Part shown: positions 10,561 through 21,800 of the stretch, in pieces
How the letters are laid out: each line of letters opens with the position of its first letter
Position numbering within the stretch: position 1 is the stretch's first letter
Origin: Oligoflexia bacterium
Lineage (GTDB): Bacteria; Bdellovibrionota; UBA1018
DNA: 64,000 nucleotides
Assembly (NCBI GenBank): GCA_963758495.1
Contig: CAVWVI010000003.1
Span: 32,001-96,000 of the forward strand
Direction of reading: 5' to 3'
The notes under the pieces: generated by a model
Seen by the model: only the letters and a program-made list of their open reading frames with translations
The model's database searches: none
What the model was told of the DNA's origin: nothing
Translations under genes and position numbers: made by a program

Positions 10561-11538
10561 CTAGTGATTCAGCACATAGCTAAAAATCAGCGGTGCAACG
10601 ATTGTTGCATCCGATTCAACGATGAATTTCGGAGTATCGATTCCAAGCTTACCCCAGGTGATTTTCTCATTGGGGACCGCTCCAGAATAAGAACCATAAC
10701 TGGTAGTCGAGTCGCTGATTTGAGCGAAATAGCCCCATAATCTTGCTTCAATTCCCAAATCTTGATGAAGCATCGGTACTACACAGATCGGAAAATCACC
10801 TGCGATACCGCCACCAATTTGGAACATTCCTAGAGAATGGTTCTTGGTAATCCCTTGATAAAATGCAGAGAGCTCAACCATGTACTCGATGCCAGTACGT
10901 ACGGTATGCACATTCTTCACATCTTTACGCATACAAGCTGCAGCGTACATATTTCCCAAAGTTGCATCTTCCCAACCCGGAACAATAATAGGAATATTTT
11001 TCTCAGCGGCTGCAACCATCCAACTATCTTTAGGATCAATTTGGTAATGTTGCTTGAGCTTTCCGCTACGAATCGCACGATAGAAGAACTCATGAGGAAA
11101 ATACCGCTCCCCAGACTGGTCAGCAGAAGTCCACTGTTCAAGCATGACAGATTCAATCCGACGCATGGCTTCTGCTTCAGGGATACAAGTATCTGTCACT
11201 CGATTCATATGACGATTCAACAAATCTTGTTCATCTTGAGCACTCAAATGTCGGTAATGAGGAACACGTTCATAATGGTCATGGGCAACCAAATTAAAAA
11301 TATCTTCTTCGAGGTTAGCCCCTGTACAACTAATCAAGTGTACTTTATCCTGCCGAATCATTTCAGCAAAAGAAATTCCAAGCTCAGCGGTACTCATGGC
11401 ACCCGCCAAGGTGACCATCATTTTTCCACCCTGATCGATATGCTTTTTGTAACCTTCTGCTGTATCCACTAATGCTGCTGCATTAAAATGGCGGTAATTG
11501 TGCTTAATGAATTTAGAAATCGGTCCCATTGAACTCAT
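10561..11538 (-). CDS. deoxyhypusine synthase-like protein (probably polyamine/homospermidine synthesis)
   Basis: TGANLEED, IGGG, GSYSGAVPNEKITWGK and SDATIVAP motifs. Confidence 0.88.
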   Translation of the reverse strand: MSSMGPISKFIKHNYRHFNAAALVDTAEGYKKHIDQGGKMMVTLAGAMSTAELGISFAEMIRQDKVHLISCTGANLEEDIFNLVAHDHYERVPHYRHLSAQDEQDLLNRHMNRVTDTCIPEAEAMRRIESVMLEQWTSADQSGERYFPHEFFYRAIRSGKLKQHYQIDPKDSWMVAAAEKNIPIIVPGWEDATLGNMYAAACMRKDVKNVHTVRTGIEYMVELSAFYQGITKNHSLGMFQIGGGIAGDFPICVVPMLHQDLGIEARLWGYFAQISDSTTSYGSYSGAVPNEKITWGKLGIDTPKFIVESDATIVAPLIFSYVLNH

Positions 11539-11718
11539 GGTTTGAATTACTCCTGTTTAAACAAAGTTTTTACACTCACTAGCCTAATCCGACTCCAAAA
11601 GTCAATTAAAAACCAACAGCCTTTTCTTCCTCGCCCCAGCTTAATTCCAGGGAAAATTACCCCAATCTGACCTGTAATTAAACTTGCTCGATTTGAATTT
11701 CCTGAATACTTTTAAGCT

Positions 11719-12561
11719 ATGCATATCAATAAGCTCTCAAAGTTCTCACTTTTTTTGATTCCTACTTTATTCCTTTCCACCCTCTGTCAAGCAAATTGGA
11801 CCTTCCTACCGGAATCCCATCATCAGCTTTACGACTCCTGGGGGTTATTCTTTGATGAGCAAAGCATGCTACTCAATTACGGGCAAGGCCGGGTTTGGAG
11901 TGCTCTGGGAGGGACTATGCCCATTTTTGGTAACGAAGAATCCCTTCATCATCCTGAGATTATTTTTCATGCGTCTGCAAATGCTGCCATTCACTACAAT
12001 GACAATTTTCGACTTTGGACTGAAACCCTAGATGCAAGACTCGGCATCGCGATTGAATGGGAGCTGAATCCAAATTTGCGCTTCTCTATTGGCTATCAGC
12101 ATTTCTCAGGACATTCCGTCGATGGAATTAATGTAGCCGACAGTGATTTAATCCAGCCTACGCTCGGACAAGAATTTATTCCTATTAAAATAATTTATGA
12201 CATAGGCCGTATGTTTCGCTTGAGTGGCACAGTCAGCCCTGTCGTAAGATCCTCACCTTCCATTGAACCTATTTGGATGGATCAATCGATTGAATTTTTC
12301 CCTTGGGGGGCTCTGGATAATCCTCATCAGCCTTCACCTTATATTTCTTTGGGATTTAGTGAGTCTGGAGTGAATCACTATACCGTAACTTATAATATGC
12401 AATTAGGAATTTATTTAGGAAATCACTTTTCACCTGGACATCATCAAACCATGCGAGGCGTGGTCGGCTATTACAACGGAGCCGATCCACGCCTCAAATA
12501 CTTTGAATTTCGAGAAGCAATGATGTCGTTTGGCTACTTAGGTTTAATGTTCGACCTGTAA
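11719..12561 (+). CDS. secreted/outer-membrane hypothetical protein (DUF1207-like?)
   Basis: Signal peptide, HFSGHSVDG motif, beta-strand pattern ending GLMFDL. Confidence 0.55.
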   Translation: MHINKLSKFSLFLIPTLFLSTLCQANWTFLPESHHQLYDSWGLFFDEQSMLLNYGQGRVWSALGGTMPIFGNEESLHHPEIIFHASANAAIHYNDNFRLWTETLDARLGIAIEWELNPNLRFSIGYQHFSGHSVDGINVADSDLIQPTLGQEFIPIKIIYDIGRMFRLSGTVSPVVRSSPSIEPIWMDQSIEFFPWGALDNPHQPSPYISLGFSESGVNHYTVTYNMQLGIYLGNHFSPGHHQTMRGVVGYYNGADPRLKYFEFREAMMSFGYLGLMFDL

Positions 12562-12590
12562 GTAAACTCCGGCAGCCTTACAGGGCTTAC
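12558..12590. repeat. degenerate short copy of GTAAG...CTTAC repeat
   Basis: GTAAGTAAACTCCGGCAGCCTTACAGGGCTTAC; both ends match the 36-bp unit; contains the TAA stop of the upstream gene. Confidence 0.55.
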
Positions 12591-12594
12591 CTTA

Positions 12595-13863
12595 TTATTC
12601 TCCTAAAGGAGAGCTGAACTGTTCTTCTTCAGTAGAGCCTGTCAACGCTCCTGTTGAAAAAGCTCCGTCGGCAATCTTTTGAGCCACTTCATCAAAGTAA
12701 CCTGTCCCTACAAATCGTTGATGAGTGGTGGCACGATAACCGTGTTCCTGTTCACTAACAAATTCACGTTCTTGAAAATCAGCATAGGCCGTCATTCCCT
12801 GCTGCTTATAAGCGCGAGCAAGAGTAAACATACTATGATTTAAAGCATGAAAGCCAGCAAGGGTCACAAATTGAAACCTGTAGCCCATTGCTGCAAGTTC
12901 CTTTTGGAATTTCGCAATGGTCTTAGAATCTAACTTTTTCTTCCAGTTAAAGGAAGGCGAACAATTATAAGCGAGGAGCTTACCTGGATATCGACTCTGT
13001 ATGGCTTCAGCAAATTTTTTAGCCTCTTCTAAATTAGGTTCAGAAGTTTCACACCACACCAGATCAGCATAAGGAGCATAAGCAAGCCCACGCGCAATAG
13101 CAGATTCCAAACCTCCTCGGATTTTATAAAAACCTTCAACAGTTCTTTCGCCCGTTAAGAACTTCTGATCACGAGGATCAATATTACTGGTTAAAAGGTG
13201 CGCCCCGTTAGCATCAGTCCTTGCAATAATAAGAGTCGGAACATCCGCCACATCTGCAGCAAGACGGGCTGCGGTGAGCTTTTGAATAAATTCCATGGTT
13301 GGAACAAGAACTTTTCCGCCCATATGCCCACATTTTTTTGCAGATGCCAGTTGGTCCTCAAAATGGACACCCGCCGCACCCGCATCAATCATGGCCCTCA
13401 TGAGTTCATAGGCATTCAATGCTCCCCCAAAGCCTGCTTCTGCGTCAGCCACGATGGGAACAAACCAATGGGTCTTACCTTTTCCTTCAACCGATTGAAT
13501 TTGATCTGCTCTAATAAAGGCATTATTAATTTTTCGAACGACTTGAGGCACACTATCTGCCGGATAAAGACTTTGGTCAGGATACATTTGCCCGGCCGTA
13601 TTAGCATCGGCTGCTACTTGCCAACCACTGAGATAAATGGCTTTCAATCCTGCCTCTACTTGTTGAATCGCCTGATTCCCTGTGAGAGCACCCAAAGCAC
13701 CTACAAATTCCTCCGAATGAAGAAGTTTCCACAGCCGATTTGCACCCATCTTAGCCAAAGTATACTCAACCGTAATTGAGCCCCGTAGCTTGAGAACATC
13801 TTCCTTCGAATAAACCCTTTTAATTCCCGCCCAACGATTTTCCGTATCCCAATCCTGCTTCAT
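12595..13863 (-). CDS. aceA: isocitrate lyase
   Basis: KKCGHMGGK signature, [20 protein letters not shown] 13863 has a GAAGGGGA RBS. Confidence 0.98.
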   Translation of the reverse strand: MKQDWDTENRWAGIKRVYSKEDVLKLRGSITVEYTLAKMGANRLWKLLHSEEFVGALGALTGNQAIQQVEAGLKAIYLSGWQVAADANTAGQMYPDQSLYPADSVPQVVRKINNAFIRADQIQSVEGKGKTHWFVPIVADAEAGFGGALNAYELMRAMIDAGAAGVHFEDQLASAKKCGHMGGKVLVPTMEFIQKLTAARLAADVADVPTLIIARTDANGAHLLTSNIDPRDQKFLTGERTVEGFYKIRGGLESAIARGLAYAPYADLVWCETSEPNLEEAKKFAEAIQSRYPGKLLAYNCSPSFNWKKKLDSKTIAKFQKELAAMGYRFQFVTLAGFHALNHSMFTLARAYKQQGMTAYADFQEREFVSEQEHGYRATTHQRFVGTGYFDEVAQKIADGAFSTGALTGSTEEEQFSSPLGE

Positions 13864-13873
13864 AGATTCCCCT

Positions 13874-15490
13874 TCATGCCAAATATTCATAAGCAGGCAG
13901 AGTAATGAACTCTACAAACTCATGATTTGTGACAACAGACGTTAAGAGTTCATTTGCTAATTCAAATTTTCCGGCTCGATAAGACTCCATTCCTAAACTG
14001 AGTTGAATCTGCTTCGTCTCTTCAAACAAACTTTTTTCAAAACTTTTTTTCGTAATTTTTCCGTACTGAATCCATTGCCAAATCTGAGACCTTGAAATCT
14101 CAACTGTTGCTGCATCTTCCATCAAATTCGCAATAGGGACACAGCCAAATCCACGAAGCCAGGACTCAAGATAAAAAAGAGATACCCGAATATTTGTCCT
14201 CAAACCCTGTTCCGTGACTTCTCCTTGAGGAACCGTCAACAGATCGGCTGCTTGTATGATCCATTCGTTTCTTTTAAGCTGAATTTGATTGGGACTCACA
14301 TGGTTTCGATTAAACGTATCCAGCGCAATTGGAATCAGCCCCGGATGAGCTACCCACGTACCATCATGACCTAATGAAACTTCCCGTTCCTTGTCAATGC
14401 GTACTTTTTCCATTGCAAGGGCATTCTCTTGAGAATTTTCCTTAATGGGAATTTGAGCAGCCATTCCACCCATTGCATGAATTCCTCGATGATGGCAGGT
14501 CTTCACCAAGAGCTGGCAATAGGATTTTAAAAAATGAACATTCATTGTCACCTGAGCCCTATCAGGGAGAATAAATTGGGGATGTTTTTGAAATTTTTTT
14601 ATAAAGCTAAAAATATAATCCCAGCGGCCGCAATTCAATCCAGCCGAGTGATCTCGCAGTTCATAGAGAATTTCATCCATTTCAAAAGCCGCGAGAACGG
14701 TCTCTATCAAAACCGTCGCTCGAACTGTTCCCTGGGGTACACCTAGTTCATTTTGTGAAAAAACGAATATGTCATTCCACAGTCTCGCCTCTAGATGACT
14801 TTCCATTTTAGGTAAATAAAAATACGGTCTCGTCCCCCTCCTTAGATGTTCTTTTACATTATGAAAAAAATACAAGCCAAAATCAAAAAGAGAGGCCGAA
14901 ATAGGCTCTTGATCTACCAAACAGTGCTTTTCAACTAAGTGCCATCCTCGGGGTCGGACGAAAAGTACGGCCGTTTTTTCATTTAAGCTATACTCTTTAC
15001 CTTCCTGACTTTTGAATTGGATTGATTTACGTACAGCATCATAGAGATTGATTTGACCTTCGAGTGTACCCTTCCAAGTCGGAGAATGCGAATCTTCAAA
15101 ATCAGCCATGAACACTTGTGCACCGGAATTGAGGGCATTGATCATCATTTTCCGATCAACAGGACCCGTTATTTCAACTCGACGATCCAACAAATCATCA
15201 GGAATGGGAGCGACTGTCCAGGCACTCTCTCTCAGCTCTTTCGTATCCTTTAAAAAAGAAGGTAAAAAAGAAGGAAAGTGACCCGAATTCATTTCTCTTT
15301 GTCGATTTTGACGCTGCTCAAGAAGTTTTCGACGAGTCGGGTTAAATTTTTTATGAAGCTTAGCTATAAAATGAAGAGCCGAAGGCGTTAGAATTCGAGA
15401 AAACTCCAGTGACGTTTCTCCAAGTAATGTGATTGAATTGGAGAATTTTATATCATCTTGACTTGAACTTGCTTCAATAGGCATTTCCAT
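13874..15490 (-). CDS. aceB: malate synthase A
   Basis: [39 protein letters not shown]. Confidence 0.97.
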   Translation of the reverse strand: MEMPIEASSSQDDIKFSNSITLLGETSLEFSRILTPSALHFIAKLHKKFNPTRRKLLEQRQNRQREMNSGHFPSFLPSFLKDTKELRESAWTVAPIPDDLLDRRVEITGPVDRKMMINALNSGAQVFMADFEDSHSPTWKGTLEGQINLYDAVRKSIQFKSQEGKEYSLNEKTAVLFVRPRGWHLVEKHCLVDQEPISASLFDFGLYFFHNVKEHLRRGTRPYFYLPKMESHLEARLWNDIFVFSQNELGVPQGTVRATVLIETVLAAFEMDEILYELRDHSAGLNCGRWDYIFSFIKKFQKHPQFILPDRAQVTMNVHFLKSYCQLLVKTCHHRGIHAMGGMAAQIPIKENSQENALAMEKVRIDKEREVSLGHDGTWVAHPGLIPIALDTFNRNHVSPNQIQLKRNEWIIQAADLLTVPQGEVTEQGLRTNIRVSLFYLESWLRGFGCVPIANLMEDAATVEISRSQIWQWIQYGKITKKSFEKSLFEETKQIQLSLGMESYRAGKFELANELLTSVVTNHEFVEFITLPAYEYLA

Positions 15491-15547
15491 GAATCACTCC
15501 CAGTGACTATGGAACCATATTTTATAAAGAAAAAAAGTAAAATCATT

Positions 15548-16633
15548 TTAATTGATAAAAAAATTAACCCAGAGTCCCAAAGACAAAAGAAGTCCCCAAA
15601 AGAAGTGAAGTTTTCCTGCATCAATGCGAATGGGTCCCAATAATGCCGAAGCTGGCCCCGAAGATTGATACACCTTCTGCATTAAATGATACACGGAGAA
15701 CAGTCCCACAGAAACTGTCATCAATACTGTGACAGGTAAAACTCTCAGAACGAAACCTGTGACAATAGAAAGATAGGCAGAGCCATAAAGAAAAATAAAG
15801 ATAGAACGAGACATTTTAAATCCCACCCATGATGCAAGGGTCACTCTCTCGTTTGAATGATCCGATTCAATATCTTGAAAATTACTCGCATGAGAAAGTC
15901 CCCATGCTGTAAATCCAAAGAATAATCCAATCAACAAAATCGAAAGATCAAATCGTCCAAATGCCGCCTGAGTCATACCCATGGCCAACAAGGGACCGAC
16001 CAAAGAAAAGATGAGCACATCTCCTAGTGCCCGGTACTTAATTCCAAAGGGCCGATTTGAGTAAGCTAAAACTCCAAATGCGCCCAATGCCCCCACAAAA
16101 AGCAAGATTTTTGGATTTTTTAAAACGGCAGGAATCCCCAATAAGATTCCAATTGCTAAAGAAAGATATCCAAAATTTCTGAGATTTTTTGCACTTAACC
16201 AGCCTTTTTGAATGACACCACTCCCGCGCAACGTACCTGGAAGATCAATGAGCCTCAAATAATCTTCAACATCATTAAGAACATTGACTGAGATCTGAAA
16301 AAATACTGCACCTAAAAAAGCAAGAATTCCTATTTTCCAATCCAATTCCCATTGCTTCATGCATCCATACATCCATAGAGCCAGACATGGAGTGCACGTA
16401 ATGGTTAAGGTATCAGGCCGAATTGCCTTGAGCCAAACCCATCCCAAAGACGGCCTATTGGAATCCGCAATTCGAATGGCTTCAAAAACAATAGAATCAA
16501 CTCCATTGATATTAGACACGACTTCACGAGGAAGAGCAGTCCAATACTCTCCATATCGCATCGTAGTTCCTTCGTTCAATAGAGGATAAAGCTCTGCTGC
16601 ATCCCTTCTCACACTGAAAATTTCTTGATTCAC
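15548..16633 (-). CDS. menA: UbiA-family prenyltransferase, MenA-like, with N-terminal extension
   Basis: AIRPDTL, NVLNDVED, KYRALGD, NFQDIESD; next to a polyprenyl synthase. Confidence 0.72.
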   Translation of the reverse strand: MNQEIFSVRRDAAELYPLLNEGTTMRYGEYWTALPREVVSNINGVDSIVFEAIRIADSNRPSLGWVWLKAIRPDTLTITCTPCLALWMYGCMKQWELDWKIGILAFLGAVFFQISVNVLNDVEDYLRLIDLPGTLRGSGVIQKGWLSAKNLRNFGYLSLAIGILLGIPAVLKNPKILLFVGALGAFGVLAYSNRPFGIKYRALGDVLIFSLVGPLLAMGMTQAAFGRFDLSILLIGLFFGFTAWGLSHASNFQDIESDHSNERVTLASWVGFKMSRSIFIFLYGSAYLSIVTGFVLRVLPVTVLMTVSVGLFSVYHLMQKVYQSSGPASALLGPIRIDAGKLHFFWGLLLSLGLWVNFFIN

Positions 16634-17592
16634 CGGATTCTCTCTTTAAGATAAACAAGGATTGACGTCAAAGCTTGCAAAGCATCGTAATCTGGAGACT
16701 CTAATGACTTAGAAATTTGAGAAAGAATTTGATCTGCGGCCTCAAGTTTAGCCTGAGCTCTTGCCCTCACTCGATCACATGCAGCTAAGAGTTCATGAGG
16801 GGTCCAGGGCCAGACCGGATGTGAAATATCTTGCCCTAAAAGCTTTTGAAGCGGGTCAATTAAACCAGAATTATACTCCAACATCTCTAATGTCACAAAA
16901 TTCACTAAACCTTCACGAATATCTTGGGCAAATGGTTTTTCACCCGATGCATCATAATCGATAATGTCATCAATCATCTGAAATGCAATCCCCAAACATT
17001 CCCCAAATTTTCGAGATGCCTCTAAAATCGAGCTGTCCGCTCGAGCAAGTCGCGCCGGAGCGACACAACACCACGACATTAAACTTGCAGTTTTATTTTT
17101 TGCAACTGTTTCCAAATGGTGTCGATTGACTGTAGAAATTTTTCGAGCTTCAAGCTGTAGCCACTCACCACTCACTAATGCCTCTACAGTCAATGCAAGG
17201 TCATGAATAATTTCTAGTTCTCCTAAAGAGGAAAGCTCCGCCATCACTCGAGCTAAAAGTAAATCTCCCGCTAAAACTGCTCGAGCGTTCGATACTCGTG
17301 CATTTAATGTAGGACGATTGCGTCTCATTTGACTTTCATCAATCACATCATCATGTGCCAATGTGGCCGCATGAACAAACTCCGCAGCCCTTGCGTAAGA
17401 ATGAACTTTTTCAAGAGGAATTTTAAAAAGTCGTGCCATCAAAAAACAAAGTGTCGGTCTAAATTTTTTTCCACGAAACAACACTGTCTTACTCAGAGCT
17501 GCATCAATTTCAGGCACAGAACGGACACTCAGAGTTAAATCGAGTTTTTCCACTGCTTGTACGGTGTCTTTAGGCATCCAATCCAATTGCAT
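16630..17592 (-). CDS. polyprenyl diphosphate synthase
   Basis: GKKFRP, HDDVID..RR, KTA and FQMIDDIID motifs. Confidence 0.92.
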   Translation of the reverse strand: MQLDWMPKDTVQAVEKLDLTLSVRSVPEIDAALSKTVLFRGKKFRPTLCFLMARLFKIPLEKVHSYARAAEFVHAATLAHDDVIDESQMRRNRPTLNARVSNARAVLAGDLLLARVMAELSSLGELEIIHDLALTVEALVSGEWLQLEARKISTVNRHHLETVAKNKTASLMSWCCVAPARLARADSSILEASRKFGECLGIAFQMIDDIIDYDASGEKPFAQDIREGLVNFVTLEMLEYNSGLIDPLQKLLGQDISHPVWPWTPHELLAACDRVRARAQAKLEAADQILSQISKSLESPDYDALQALTSILVYLKERIR

Positions 17593-17811
17593 AGTTTCAA
17601 TTTACTGAACGGGTTGAGGTTTAATGTATCATGGGCGTCCAGTAGAGTGTGCTGGAAGATACAAATAGGGAGCAACCCTGTCAACAATTCATACAAGTTT
17701 CAGTGATTAAAACAAATTAATTGATATCCAGGCCTTGTGTTTCCTTCAGAAGTCTTGTATTCCCGTGAGCGCTCTTATAGGGCTTTGTTTTTAAAGCTAA
17801 TTCTAGCAGGG

Positions 17812-17856
17812 CTTGGGCAGTTGTGGGTGTAAGTTATGGGGTGGCAACTGCCCAAG
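17812..17856. repeat. intergenic hairpin
   Basis: Perfect 12-bp inverted repeat CTTGGGCAGTTG / CAACTGCCCAAG. Confidence 0.6.
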
Positions 17857-17916
17857 AATCCTATTTTCTATAAAATTTTTAGAAATTTTTTGCTCTTAAT
17901 CATGCATTCTGGATGA

Positions 17917-19221
17917 ATGATTATTAGAAAATACGGATTACTCCCCCTTATTATTTTGAACTTAATCACCTCAATAGAAGCATCGGCTAAAAATCGGATG
18001 AACATGACCGACATGATGGGCCCCAATACTCTTTGGCAAACTCCTCTAGACTGTAGAGAGATGAGTGTTTGGGATGTGGCAATGGGGATGTGTATGCCTC
18101 TGTCGATCGGAGGAATGCCAATGAAAATGCTGATGCTTCATGGTAATATTTTTGGCACTCGGATTTGGCAACAAGGTCTGAGAGGGAGAGATGCCTATGC
18201 ATCCACTAGCATGGTCATGGGCGATCTGGGAACCACTCTCGGTGATCACCATTATTTAAATTTGGATATTATGGCAACCGCAGAAAAGTGGACTCTTCCA
18301 AATTATGGTTATCCATTACTGTTGCAGATTGGCGAACATAACCAACAAGGAACGCCTTATATTGACGCACAACATCCCCATAGCTCTCCAATTATGGGGC
18401 TCACACTTTCAGACACGATTACATGGGGCCAAGAGAAAAATAATTTGAAGATTTTTTTTGCTCCCCGAGGAGAGGCGACTGATGGTCCAGTCGCTTTTAT
18501 GCATCGAAGTACTGGTATGATCAACCCAGATGCCCCATTAGGTCATCATATTGGGCAGGACGTGGGTCATATCACGAGCACGGTCATTGGAGCCTCATTG
18601 AAGCTTGGAGGCACCCACATTGAAGCATCGGCCTATCATGGTGCAGAGCCAGAACCAGATCAAGTTGATCTTCCACTGGGTACTCCTGACTCTATTTCCT
18701 TTCGCCTGACTGAGGAATTTTCACCCAGATGGATGGCTATGGCTTCCATAGCCAGAGTCAATGCCCCTGAGTCTGATCAGCCCAGCGTCCTTTTTGAGAA
18801 TCGTTATTCGGCTTCGATCTACACAACTCAGCCGTTTATAAGTGATTGGACTTTTTACAACTCGTTGATTTACGGCCTGGTCACACAATACGATCAAGCT
18901 TCTTTTTTATCTTCCTTTACCGAAGAATTTTTATTTCGGGGAGACAAACCTAGAATTTGGGGCAGAATCGAAGTCCTTCAGCGAACTTCGGAAGAACTTG
19001 CAATACCTACCCTTTCTAATGCAAACCAAGGACTCTGGGTAGCCGCTCTCACCCTGGGCTATACTCATAAGATTGCTTCATTCAATGGAGTAGAGCTTGG
19101 AATCGGAGGCTCAGCCACTCGGGACCTCCTGCCGGGCCCATTTATTGGAACCTATGGTGGAAACCCTTGGACTGGAAAAGTACTCTTACAGCTGGGCGGA
19201 ATGAAGATGTGGGGATACTAA
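17917..19221 (+). CDS. secreted Met/His-rich putative outer-membrane protein
   Basis: Signal peptide, Met-rich N-terminus, QHPH, FMHR, PLGHH, beta-strand-rich C-terminus. Confidence 0.55.
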   Translation: MIIRKYGLLPLIILNLITSIEASAKNRMNMTDMMGPNTLWQTPLDCREMSVWDVAMGMCMPLSIGGMPMKMLMLHGNIFGTRIWQQGLRGRDAYASTSMVMGDLGTTLGDHHYLNLDIMATAEKWTLPNYGYPLLLQIGEHNQQGTPYIDAQHPHSSPIMGLTLSDTITWGQEKNNLKIFFAPRGEATDGPVAFMHRSTGMINPDAPLGHHIGQDVGHITSTVIGASLKLGGTHIEASAYHGAEPEPDQVDLPLGTPDSISFRLTEEFSPRWMAMASIARVNAPESDQPSVLFENRYSASIYTTQPFISDWTFYNSLIYGLVTQYDQASFLSSFTEEFLFRGDKPRIWGRIEVLQRTSEELAIPTLSNANQGLWVAALTLGYTHKIASFNGVELGIGGSATRDLLPGPFIGTYGGNPWTGKVLLQLGGMKMWGY

Positions 19222-20409
19222 ATTATTTTTTATTTTCTGGCTCTGCTTTAAATCATCGATTGCGTTGATGATCTCCGATGAATTCATGTCATTTACCTGA
19301 AAGGACTCACCGATCTTTCTAATGAGGGTAATATTCAAAGTGCCCCCCAAATGCTCACGAAATTCTTCTAAACCTTCCAAAATAAGATTGCCTTGAGTTT
19401 CTGAATTCTTTTTGATGAGTAAAGGTTGCCAAAGTTGAAACCCTATCATCTTAAGACAATCGATAATTTCAAAAACCGTCGCTCTAGAAAGCCACCCCAT
19501 TCTTAAAGAATAGAAGAGATCTACAGCCATTCCCGTCGCTACCGAGTGCCCATGACTCAATCGGTATCCAGAGAGTTGCTCTAATTTATGCGCAACCCAA
19601 TGTCCAAAGTCCAGTGGTCTGGCAGATCCTTGCTCAAACGGATCACCGGATGTCGTAATATGCCTGATATGAAGTTCTGCACACTTTTGAATCAAGCATT
19701 TCATGCTCGATAAATCTCGGTTTTTTAATAAAAGAGCATTTTCCTTAATCCAATAAAAAAATTCACTATCTTTAATCAAAGCCACTTTAATTGCTTCAGC
19801 GATTCCGCTGATCCAATTCGTCTGATCGAGGGTTGTAAGAAATTGCGAGTCGTTAATCACTGCATAAGGCGGATAAAAACTCCCTAAAAAGTTTTTTTTA
19901 CCAAACGCATCAATTCCATTTTTAATTCCAATTCCCGCATCATCTTGAGCTAATACAGTCGTAGGAATTCGAATTTGCCTCACTCCCCTATGAACAATGC
20001 TAGCCGCAAAGCAAACTAAATCAATCACGGCCCCTCCACCGACCACCACTACATAGGAATGACGACAGATTTTTGCATCATGAATAGCCTGTACCACGCT
20101 GTCAAAAAGGTCCTTTCTCTGCTTGGCTTCTTCCCCACCAGGAAGCAGAAATGGGGGACGCACAAGTCGAGTGTTTTTTTGATGAAGATAAAAAAATCCT
20201 TGTATCTTATCCTTTAAATGCGGCTGAGACTGACTCAAACTCTCATCCAAAAAAAGAAGAACCCGCGAGTAGGGGGTATTTACATCCTCAGAATGAAGAA
20301 GCTGGATCAGAGCTAAATTATTTGGATCAAAAACATTTTCAGTAAAAATTAAACGATAAGAAAATGTCATAGGAATAGAATAATTTAGCTGAACAGCCGA
20401 TGTCCTCAT
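19186..20409 (-). CDS. eboD: 3-dehydroquinate-synthase-like sugar phosphate cyclase
   Basis: GGEEAK, GGGAVID, PTTVLAQDD, DPFEQGSARPLDFGHW; ebo context. Confidence 0.88.
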   Translation of the reverse strand: MRTSAVQLNYSIPMTFSYRLIFTENVFDPNNLALIQLLHSEDVNTPYSRVLLFLDESLSQSQPHLKDKIQGFFYLHQKNTRLVRPPFLLPGGEEAKQRKDLFDSVVQAIHDAKICRHSYVVVVGGGAVIDLVCFAASIVHRGVRQIRIPTTVLAQDDAGIGIKNGIDAFGKKNFLGSFYPPYAVINDSQFLTTLDQTNWISGIAEAIKVALIKDSEFFYWIKENALLLKNRDLSSMKCLIQKCAELHIRHITTSGDPFEQGSARPLDFGHWVAHKLEQLSGYRLSHGHSVATGMAVDLFYSLRMGWLSRATVFEIIDCLKMIGFQLWQPLLIKKNSETQGNLILEGLEEFREHLGGTLNITLIRKIGESFQVNDMNSSEIINAIDDLKQSQKIKNNLVSPHLHSAQL

Positions 20410-20423
20410 GTGATCAATCCTTA

Positions 20424-21800
20424 TTATTGAAATAGATGTTGCAATAAAATATTTTTTACATCAGTAGCAGCTAACGACTGAACCTTAGACGAAATCACGT
20501 CTGTTCTTTCTGTTAGAAAAAGTGGCCAATATTCTTCAGATACTTCAGCACGGCCATGAGAACCCTTAACTAAGGAATCATCTAACGGAATGACATCCAT
20601 TAGGTAACGAAATCCCAGTTTTTTGCGAATTAAAGTACGAATGATTTTTATTTTTGGAAACTTAATCTTTGGATCAAGGAAAAGCTCTACCGGATCATAG
20701 CCCGGTTTTTTATGAATTTCAACGGTGCGCGCAAAGTCGGGAGCCTTCTGCTCATCTAACCAATAAGCATAGGAGAACCAACGATCCATCTTTGAAATTA
20801 AAACGAGCTCTCCGCTTCGGTCATGACAAATTCCATAACGGCGCTGTTCTTGTTTATCCAATATTTTTTCAATCCCAGATGTCTCTTCAAGTACTTTTCG
20901 AACGAGCGGGATTTGGCTGGGATCGGAAATATAGACGTGAGCAATTTGGTGATCCGCAACCGCAAAAGCTTGACTGACTCCTGGATCAAGATGATCCTCC
21001 CCACACTCTTCTCTTACCTTGATCCACCCTTTTTCCCGAAGAATTCGGTTGATAGGAACTGAACCCTTGACTTCATTAATACCGTACTCCGACAAAAAAA
21101 CGATTTGAGTTTGATTCGCTTTAAAAAAAGAAATCAACTCCTGGCATACTCGGTCGAGCTTTTCAAGCTCACGACTTACATTGGGGCCATGAGGTCCCTC
21201 TTTTTGAAGACAGTAATCTAAATGAGGGAGATAAATCAGGGTGAGTGTAGGATTATATTTTTCAAAAACACGCTGACTTGCTTTTGCTATCCACTCCGTA
21301 GATCGTATGCTAGCTCCAGGTCCCCAGAACTCAAAGAGCGGAAATGGACCCAGGCTTTCTTGCAAATCATCCCGAATTTCTATCGGTTCTGACGAAATAT
21401 CAGGCAACTTCAATCCATCGGATCGATAAACAGGACGAGGTGTAACTGAATAATCCACTGAAGAATACATATTGTACCACCAAAAAAGATTGGCACATTT
21501 AAAGTGAGGATTCCTCTTCTTCGCTGCATCCCAAAGCTTTTCGCCAGAAACTAGACGATTGGATTGTCTCCATAACCAAATTTGTGAAAGATCATGAAAA
21601 TACCAACCATTCCCTACAACTCCATGTTCACTCGGGGTAAGACCTGTAAGATAGGTGGATTGAGCTGAACAGGTTAATGCTGGAAAGATCGGCTGAATTT
21701 TTTTGAGCGCATTGAGTTTCGCAAACTGAGCTAAAGAAGGAATTCTTGCAAGAAGGTTTGACGACAAACCCACAATATTAATGACAGCAGTTTGATTCAT
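20424..21800 (-). CDS. eboF: alkaline phosphatase/nucleotide pyrophosphatase family
   Basis: PALTCSAQST, FWWYNM, YLPHLDY, DHQIAH, HKKPGYDP, GSHG; ATGA-coupled start at 21800. Confidence 0.88.
   Translation of the reverse strand: MNQTAVINIVGLSSNLLARIPSLAQFAKLNALKKIQPIFPALTCSAQSTYLTGLTPSEHGVVGNGWYFHDLSQIWLWRQSNRLVSGEKLWDAAKKRNPHFKCANLFWWYNMYSSVDYSVTPRPVYRSDGLKLPDISSEPIEIRDDLQESLGPFPLFEFWGPGASIRSTEWIAKASQRVFEKYNPTLTLIYLPHLDYCLQKEGPHGPNVSRELEKLDRVCQELISFFKANQTQIVFLSEYGINEVKGSVPINRILREKGWIKVREECGEDHLDPGVSQAFAVADHQIAHVYISDPSQIPLVRKVLEETSGIEKILDKQEQRRYGICHDRSGELVLISKMDRWFSYAYWLDEQKAPDFARTVEIHKKPGYDPVELFLDPKIKFPKIKIIRTLIRKKLGFRYLMDVIPLDDSLVKGSHGRAEVSEEYWPLFLTERTDVISSKVQSLAATDVKNILLQHLFQ

Noticed and set aside
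10837..13779. Long antisense ORFs (10837-11472, 13198-13779)
   Set aside because: Opposite well-conserved genes and show no motifs
19186..20409. Calling the cyclase aroB
   Set aside because: It sits in the ebo operon and carries the EboD-type ARPLDFGHW motif
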